Below, one piece after another: positions 62,014 through 64,000 of a DNA stretch of 64,000 nucleotides. The position numbers were made by a program, and so were the translations under genes. The notes under the pieces were generated by a model, which worked only from the letters and a program-made list of their open reading frames with translations, was not told where the DNA came from and did no database searches. Source of the DNA: Podarcis muralis (taxonomy: Eukaryota); assembly GCF_964188315.1 (NCBI RefSeq), contig NC_135662.1, positions 24,242,001 to 24,306,000 on the forward strand, written 5' to 3'. Numbering within the stretch: the stretch's first letter is position 1; the number at the start of each line of letters is the position of its first letter.

Positions 62014-62400
62014 CTGACTCCCTTCCCAGGCGCGGCGGCGGCGGCTCCAGCCCCGAAAGCCCGGAGAGCAGCAGAGAAGCGGGCAAGGAGGCAGCAGGCG
62101 GCGCGCGTCCGGAGGAGGAGGAGGAGGAGAAGGGGGCCTCCTGGCAGCGCGGCTCCGGCTCGGCAGCCAAGGAGGACGGAAGGGGGAAGCCGGCGGTGCA
62201 GTCGCCTCCCCGTCCCATCCCGGAGAGGGCGCTGAGCGGGGAAGGGGAGGAGACGGCGAGAGAGTCCAGTCCGGCCGCGCTGCCGGGCGGTGGGGAAGGG
62301 AAGGCGGCGGGCGAGCGCTGGATGCTCCCGCTCTGGCGACTGGTGGTCCGGAAAGCGGAGGTCGTAGTCTCCCCTCTCTTTCTGTGGCGCCGGATTACCC
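62014..62400 (-). promoter_or_regulatory. MATN2: MATN2 CpG-island promoter and non-coding exon 1 (TSS not determined)
   Basis: GC-rich island; strong donor CAG|GTAAGA at 62012-62013; no coding exon needed upstream of 57313. Confidence 0.7.
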
Positions 62401-62829
62401 CTTTGGACTCCTCCTCAGAGACTCATAATTCCAATTTTCTCGATTATGCAACTGAAAAGGAGCAGGACCTTTGAAATCAGTAGTTTTGGTTGTGAACAGA
62501 AAGAAGTAAACATTGCTGTGCTGGCCCATTAAAAAGGCCAAAATCCACATATTATAAGGCAATATTGTTATTTTTATATTTGTATAGCATCTTTCTGGCC
62601 AAAGAAGGCCAATGTGGCGCACAACATCTTGAACATGCAACCGTTTATATACAGTAATTGAAGCAATGTTACAAAACTCAACACAATGGCATAGGATATG
62701 TGTTGGCTCAGCCAGGGCAGTCCTAGATCCCAGAGTAAATATATATCTGAAATGCCTGGGGAAACAGAAATGTACTGAAGTGACAACTAAAAATGGGAAG
62801 TGTGGAGGACAACTGCACTTCCCGGCAGG

Positions 62830-63000
62830 GGTGTGTGTGGGTGTGCCACAATTGAGGGGCCACCACCGAGAAGGCCCCGTCTTGAGTTGCCTGTTGATGG
62901 GATGAAGAGCTGGGCATCCCCTTCTCACCTTGGAATACACATTGGAAGGCATGTAGGGCTTTGTACACCAGTACCAACACCTTGAATTGGGCTTGGCACC
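62830..63000 (-). mobile_element. Old L2 ORF2 fragment
   Basis: FKVLVLVYKALH...AFSVVAPQLW remnant. Confidence 0.6.
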
Positions 63001-64000
63001 TTTATTAGGCAAATCAAAATATCGTCAAATAGCATGCAAGCTTTTCAGTTCACCTGATATCTTCATCAGCCCTAAGTCTTAGGACCTTTCCCCAAGAGAC
63101 ACTGAACGTTGTTTCCACAAATCAGTGTTTGCTTTTCGTGCGTCGTTAATTCAGATGACAAATCTAAAACGGCTTGGATGATAAGTTGCTGCTCTGTTTA
63201 CCTAAGGAGGGGCACCATTTCCATAAATGCCCCCTAGTAGTCCCCTTCACCAAACCCCACATCATTTCCAAGGGTCCTCAACCCTCAGGAGCATACCATC
63301 AGGGAGTGAAAGGTTGGTTTTCACAAATAATGGATCATTGGGTTTGGGGATATTCAGACAATCTGCATGTGTGAAAGATCTCTCACTAAATGGTTTAGGG
63401 AGCACTCATATGCACATGAAACCGGCATAAAGCTGAAGTTAAGCCAGAGTAAATTACACCAGATCCAAATCCTGTTCAGTGGCACTGCTGCTCTGCCTAA
63501 GCTTGGCAAAGGGATAATAAGTGTTTAAAATGATGTTCTATGCTGTACTTCCAGGTCAAGTAACCAAGCTGAATGGGTTTATGATCCAGTGTGGTCCCGC
63601 CACTGCCCCATCCCTGAATGCCTCTTTTTGGAGACTTTACACCAATCTCAGCTCAGCCAGCTTCAACTGAACCCTAGATGAAAGAACAAGTTACACTGGG
63701 GTATCTTAGGCTGAGATGAGGTTGGAGATTTAACACCAGGCTGCTCCTAGATATTGTTGGGATTCCATTCCTTCGTTGCAGGATGTGTGATTGTTTTCAT
63801 CACATGTCTGTGTTGACATTCCATACTGTTGGAGTCATGAGAATGGAAGTTCAGTTACACTGTTCCGTTATGTTGTCCTATTGATTTTAGTCTGGTCTCT
63901 CTCGAAGAAGGAGAAGGAGAGAGGAGCCATGTTCCTTTGTTCTGTAACACTTGTATATAATAAAGTAGCTTAGATTCCACACCTCAAATGCCTAGCTTCT

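Noticed and set aside
61808-63012. Long ORFs around the MATN2 promoter
   Set aside because: CpG-island artefacts and a frameshifted L2 remnant

Overview
Eukaryotic DNA from a squamate reptile, probably a lacertid lizard (Sauria SINEs, BovB, Squam-type SINEs, L2/CR1, Penelope). Three genes are visible, in the order and orientation of the human 8q22 block: ERICH5 coding exon 1 (minus, 2200-2290); a complete RPL30 (plus, 115 aa, 5'TOP, intronic SNORA72); and a complete MATN2/matrilin-2 (minus, 16191-57313, non-coding exon 1 ending at 62014). I assembled MATN2 by hand into 19 coding exons (2931 nt, 976 aa, all junctions phase 1): signal peptide, vWA1, 11 EGF exons, vWA2, unique region and coiled coil, with a U12 AT-AC last intron. 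Human and mouse have 10 EGF modules. The most unusual items are: (1) a Tigger/pogo transposon whose catalytic core is deleted in frame, leaving an open 358-aa DNA-binding ORF, nested in a Penelope RT relic, with five TA-flanked Tigger-type MITEs elsewhere in the window; (2) the extra MATN2 EGF exon; (3) a tandem duplication of the RPL30 proximal promoter; (4) a 124-bp near-perfect hairpin in a MATN2 intron; (5) a head-to-head pair of Penelope hammerhead motifs. Comparisons with human and family consensus sequences are from memory; no searches or folding programs were run.
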